A stretch of DNA of 63,450 bases, counting the filler, from Olpidium bornovanus S191 (lineage: Eukaryota; Fungi; Olpidiomycota): assembly GCA_017911155.1 (NCBI GenBank). It is 22 parts of 22 records of this genome, joined end to end, with 100 filler letters (N's around TTAATTAATTAA, not from the genome) between each part and the next. Parts side by side here need not be neighbours in the genome. Positions count along the whole stretch, not along the records: positions 58,078 to 63,450 come from JAEFCI010004492.1; 21 more parts are not named here. One strand, given 5' to 3'. The notes below the pieces were generated by a model. That model had not been told where the DNA came from and did not search any database. It was given only the letters and a program-made list of their open reading frames with translations. Numbering within the stretch: the first letter of the stretch is position 1; the number at the start of each line of letters is the position of its first letter. Positions 60,331-63,450 of this stretch are shown here, one piece after another. A program made the position numbers and the translations under genes.

Positions 60331-61353
60331 ATGTCCGCGAAGCCCGTCAAGCGTGCGTCCGTCCTCCCCCCCCACTCCCTCTTTTTCTTCTTTTTTCCCC
60401 TTGTTTGTTTGTTTAATCGTTTTCTTTTTTGTTTATGCGCGCGCGCGGGGGCGGTTTTTTGCAGTTCAAGACGCGTCCACGGCGGGCGGCGTGAGGATCG
60501 CGCGGCGGAGGATCGTCACGGCGTCGCTGAAGCAGTGCCTCAGCCTCGACGTGAACATTGCTTGCTTCGACATCTGCCCGAGGGCTGGCCTTTTGGCGTC
60601 GTGCACGGGCAAGGTCCTTTACCTCTGGAGCATGGACAAGTTCGTCGTCGTGCACAAGGTTCGTCCTCCCACTCCCCTCCCTCACTTCCCCCCCCTCCCC
60701 CCCCCCCGCCCCACAAACGTGCGGTGTGTGTGTGCGTGTGTGTGTGTGGAGGAGGGGGAGGGGCGTGGTTGTTTTTTTTTTTTTTTTTTGTAGTTTCCGC
60801 GGCGTTGATCGTCTCGGCTTACGCGCGGCGCCCGGAGAAAACTCTGACGCCCGAGTGTCGTGTGCGCCGAGAATTTCCAGTTCGGCCGGACAAGCGGCAG
60901 CATACATAAAGGTCAGAGATACAGGCAAACCGAGCGCATAAAACGGTCGAGGAGTTTACTGCCGCGGGCTTTGACGCCCCGAGTGGGTTTTTCCGTGACC
61001 CCTTCCCCCCCCCGCCCCTCGCCGCACACACAGGTGACATCGTCTGCTGCGTCTTTGAAAACAGCGGCCAGTATGTTGCCACCTGCGGTGAGGACCGCAA
61101 GGTCGTCGTGTGGAATTTGAAGCTTCGGCGAGCGGAGAAGTGAGTGGGGTAAAATGAAAAAAAAAGCAAAAAGAAGTATTGCAGCGCGGAAGGGGAAGCG
61201 AGAGGGCTTTATGCCCTGACGTTTGTTTTCTCGTTTACAGGACGTTTGAAGCGGCCAAGGGAAAGGTCCACCACGTCGCGTTTTCCGAGGACGGGTCAAT
61301 CATATTCTCTGGCGCAGCGGACGGGGGGGTGACGGTCAGAAACTGGGCAGCTG
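60331..61353 (+). CDS. WD40-repeat protein, five exons (60331-60352, 60465-60658, 60881-60911, 61034-61139, 61241-61353); 3' end not resolved
   Basis: LLASCTGKVLYLWSMD; HKG|DIVCCVFENSGQYVATCGEDRKVVVWNL; VHHVAFSEDGSIIFSGAADGGVTVRNW; phases consistent. Confidence 0.85.
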
Positions 61354-62376
61354 GTGGGTCTCTCGTGCGGCCCCCCTTTTGGCGGGTTTCTCTCCTCCCA
61401 CCGCCGGGGTTCGGCACAAAAACGCGAAAACGATTCGCGGTGTCCAAAATGACCCCGATGCCCGACGCCAGAAAAAGTCTTGCACACGTTCATGTCACGC
61501 AACCTTTCTTGAAAGGAGGCGTTCTGCAAACGGCTCACAAAAGGACGCAAACTCCCGTTATTTCGTCAGCCGTTTGCAAGAAGCAAAGATATCGCAAAAA
61601 AAAGAAAAAAAAAAAAAAAAAGGAAAGGAAAAAAAAAGAATGAGAGTAAAAAGAAAGAACATTTAAATGCCGACGGGCCACCTTGCGCGAATTTCGCGGC
61701 ATTCTTTAGGAACGCCAGATTTTTTGCGCCCCCCTCGAAGCCTTGTCTCCTCGGCAACCCGAGGAGTCGGCTAGGACACCCCGGAGGGAGGGGAAAAGGG
61801 AGTGGGGAAAAGGTTTGGAGGACCAGTGGCCTTTTTGCGCGTACTCGATCCGGTTTCCGCGTGGTCACGATAAACTGCGAGACCCGGCGGCGCATCGGGT
61901 GACTCGACTTACCTGCCCAAGGGATGGCCAGCACGGCTTTTGTCGGTAGCATTAGTCACCACGTCCCTCAACGGCGCCAGTGCAGCAGAGCCACAGTGAG
62001 CGAGATTGAACCGAGGGAAGGGCGGCGGTTCCGGCTAAGTTTTTGCTTGCCTCTGCGGACCGCGATCGAAGATCCGCCGAGGCCCGAAGGGTTGGGAGGT
62101 GTGTGGAGAGAGGGGGGACAGAAAACCAGGACAACCCGGGGCAAGCCGGCGAGAAGAGAGCCGGAGGAAGAACTGTCTTCGGGGCGTTGCGTTGCTATCT
62201 CTCCTAGGCCTGGTTGTATACGGCGGGTAACCAAGGGCTCCAGGAAGGGGCAACAGGGTCCGATGCGCGCGGTGTCGTCCGCGGGCTCTCCGCCTCTTTT
62301 TCCCTTTTTCCCGTTTTATTTCCGGCGCGTGTATTTTTTGTGGGCGCGGCAGTTAGTCCTCCGGGCGAAATAGCCG

Positions 62377-62420
<44 letters not shown>

Positions 62421-62469
62421 CCCGCGTTTGAAGCGCGGCGCAAAACGAACCCGCCACAACACCGCACAC

Positions 62470-63372
62470 ATGGGACGCGCCACCGTCGTCCGCGTCAGCC
62501 CCGCGGCCAGCGGCGTCCCCTCGGGGCCGCCGTCGGCAGACCTGCAACGCGTGCAGCGCATCTTGGAGAGCTTCCGGGGCCACAGCGACCACCACTTCCA
62601 CGACGCGGAGATGCGGATGCGGGCGGTGTCTGCGGAGCGGCGCGGGGAGCACGCCGGCTCCGCGGTGTTCGAGTGGACCCTCGCCGATCGGGACATGAAC
62701 CTCAACGGGACCGTTCACGGAGGTGTGCGTTCGCCCCAAAGCCCGTGTGGTCGTAAAGAAGGGAAACGCCACGTGATGCGGGCGCAACGGTCCGCACTTT
62801 CATCGCCGAGCGCTTTGGTCTCCCTGCAAATAATGTCTGTTTTTTCCCTCTTTTTAGGCGCGATCGCCTCTGCGGTCGACGTGTGCACTAGCATCGCCCT
62901 CGCCGCCGTTCCTAGCCAATGTAAACCCCAGACGCCGTTTCACCTATGTCGCGAGCGGCCGTCGTACCTGACAAACGCGTGACCTCCGTGGTGCTCACCC
63001 CAGCGAAACACTTTAAGCACCTTGGGGTGTCCGCGAACCTGTCAGTTGCATACACCGGTACAGCAGTGGCGGGGGACAGGCTGCTCCTGCGGTGCGACGT
63101 GGAGAAACTCGGAAGAAATCTGACGACCGTCACCTGTTCTGTTGTGAATCACAACGTGAGTGGGCCCCGTAAGATCACGTAACGTGACCGGAAACCATAT
63201 TGTCCCGTTCCCGTTAGATCGGAAAAAAAAAACCTGAGGGAAGCGCCTGCGTTTCGGTCCTTCTGCAGGGCGCACCGGTCGCTTCTGGAATCCACACGAA
63301 GGTAAATTGTTTTGCCAGCGCGCGCAGAGCAAGCACGTTTACGTCTGCTTCGCTGCGAAGTTCGGTGTCTAA
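62470..63372 (+). CDS. Hot-dog-fold acyl-CoA thioesterase (PaaI/ACOT13-like); exons 62470-62722, 62858-62920, 63004-63155, 63269-63301, probably 63361-63372
   Basis: MNLNGTVHGG|AIASAVDVCTSIALA...GVSANLSVAYTGTAVAGDRLLLRCDVEKLGRNL...VASGIHTK (N..G.LHGG..D motif). The last micro-exon FGV* is tentative. Confidence 0.92.
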
Positions 63373-63450
63373 ACAAGTTTCCTTTTCTTCGATAATTGCT
63401 CAAGTTTAACACGGATTCCAAATTGTAAGGCGATATATATGTGGCGGGGG

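Noticed and set aside
61907-61915. ACTTACCTG, matching the U1 snRNA 5' end
   Set aside because: No downstream U1 loop or Sm-site motifs; better read as a minus-strand CAG|GTAAGT donor-like sequence or chance.
61353-62470. Possible WD40-thioesterase fusion, since the WD40 gene has no obvious last exon
   Set aside because: No exon chain could be built; the thioesterase has its own ATG. Left unresolved.

Overview
This is not one continuous locus. It is a concatenation of 22 short draft contigs (about 1.1-5.6 kb) joined by 21 artificial 100-nt spacers (N-run + TTAATTAATTAA six-frame stop + N-run), so adjacency across spacers means nothing. The DNA is eukaryotic, GC-rich and intron-rich, with GT-AG introns and many microsatellites and homopolymers. 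Gene content, including BZW/5MP (absent from ascomycetes), suggests a non-ascomycete, probably early-diverging fungus; this is inference. Reconstructable spliced host genes are OST2/DAD1, RPS27 and BZW/5MP (complete), a CBM48 plus long charged-repeat protein, and a hot-dog thioesterase. Fragments include CAND1, condensin YCS4/CND1, AAR2, GCN1, caleosin, a C5 DNA methyltransferase, a ubiquitin-like-domain protein, an Atos/FAM214 (DUF4210) protein, an ankyrin-type protein, a WD40 protein and a RING protein. There are four LTR-retrotransposon pieces: a copia integrase, two gypsy fragments, and an LTR+PBS+gag start nested in the copia. No rRNA, tRNA or CRISPR was found, and I see no clear-cut new multi-gene system. 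The best leads are: a spliced antisense gene behind a gypsy pol; a decayed PD-(D/E)xK nuclease (+/- kinase) gene; two LTR families sharing an identical terminus+PBS; a short-TRD DNMT; a RING protein with an unassigned 330-aa domain; several odd splice sites; AT islands; and a strong CATG bias at contig ends (probably technical).
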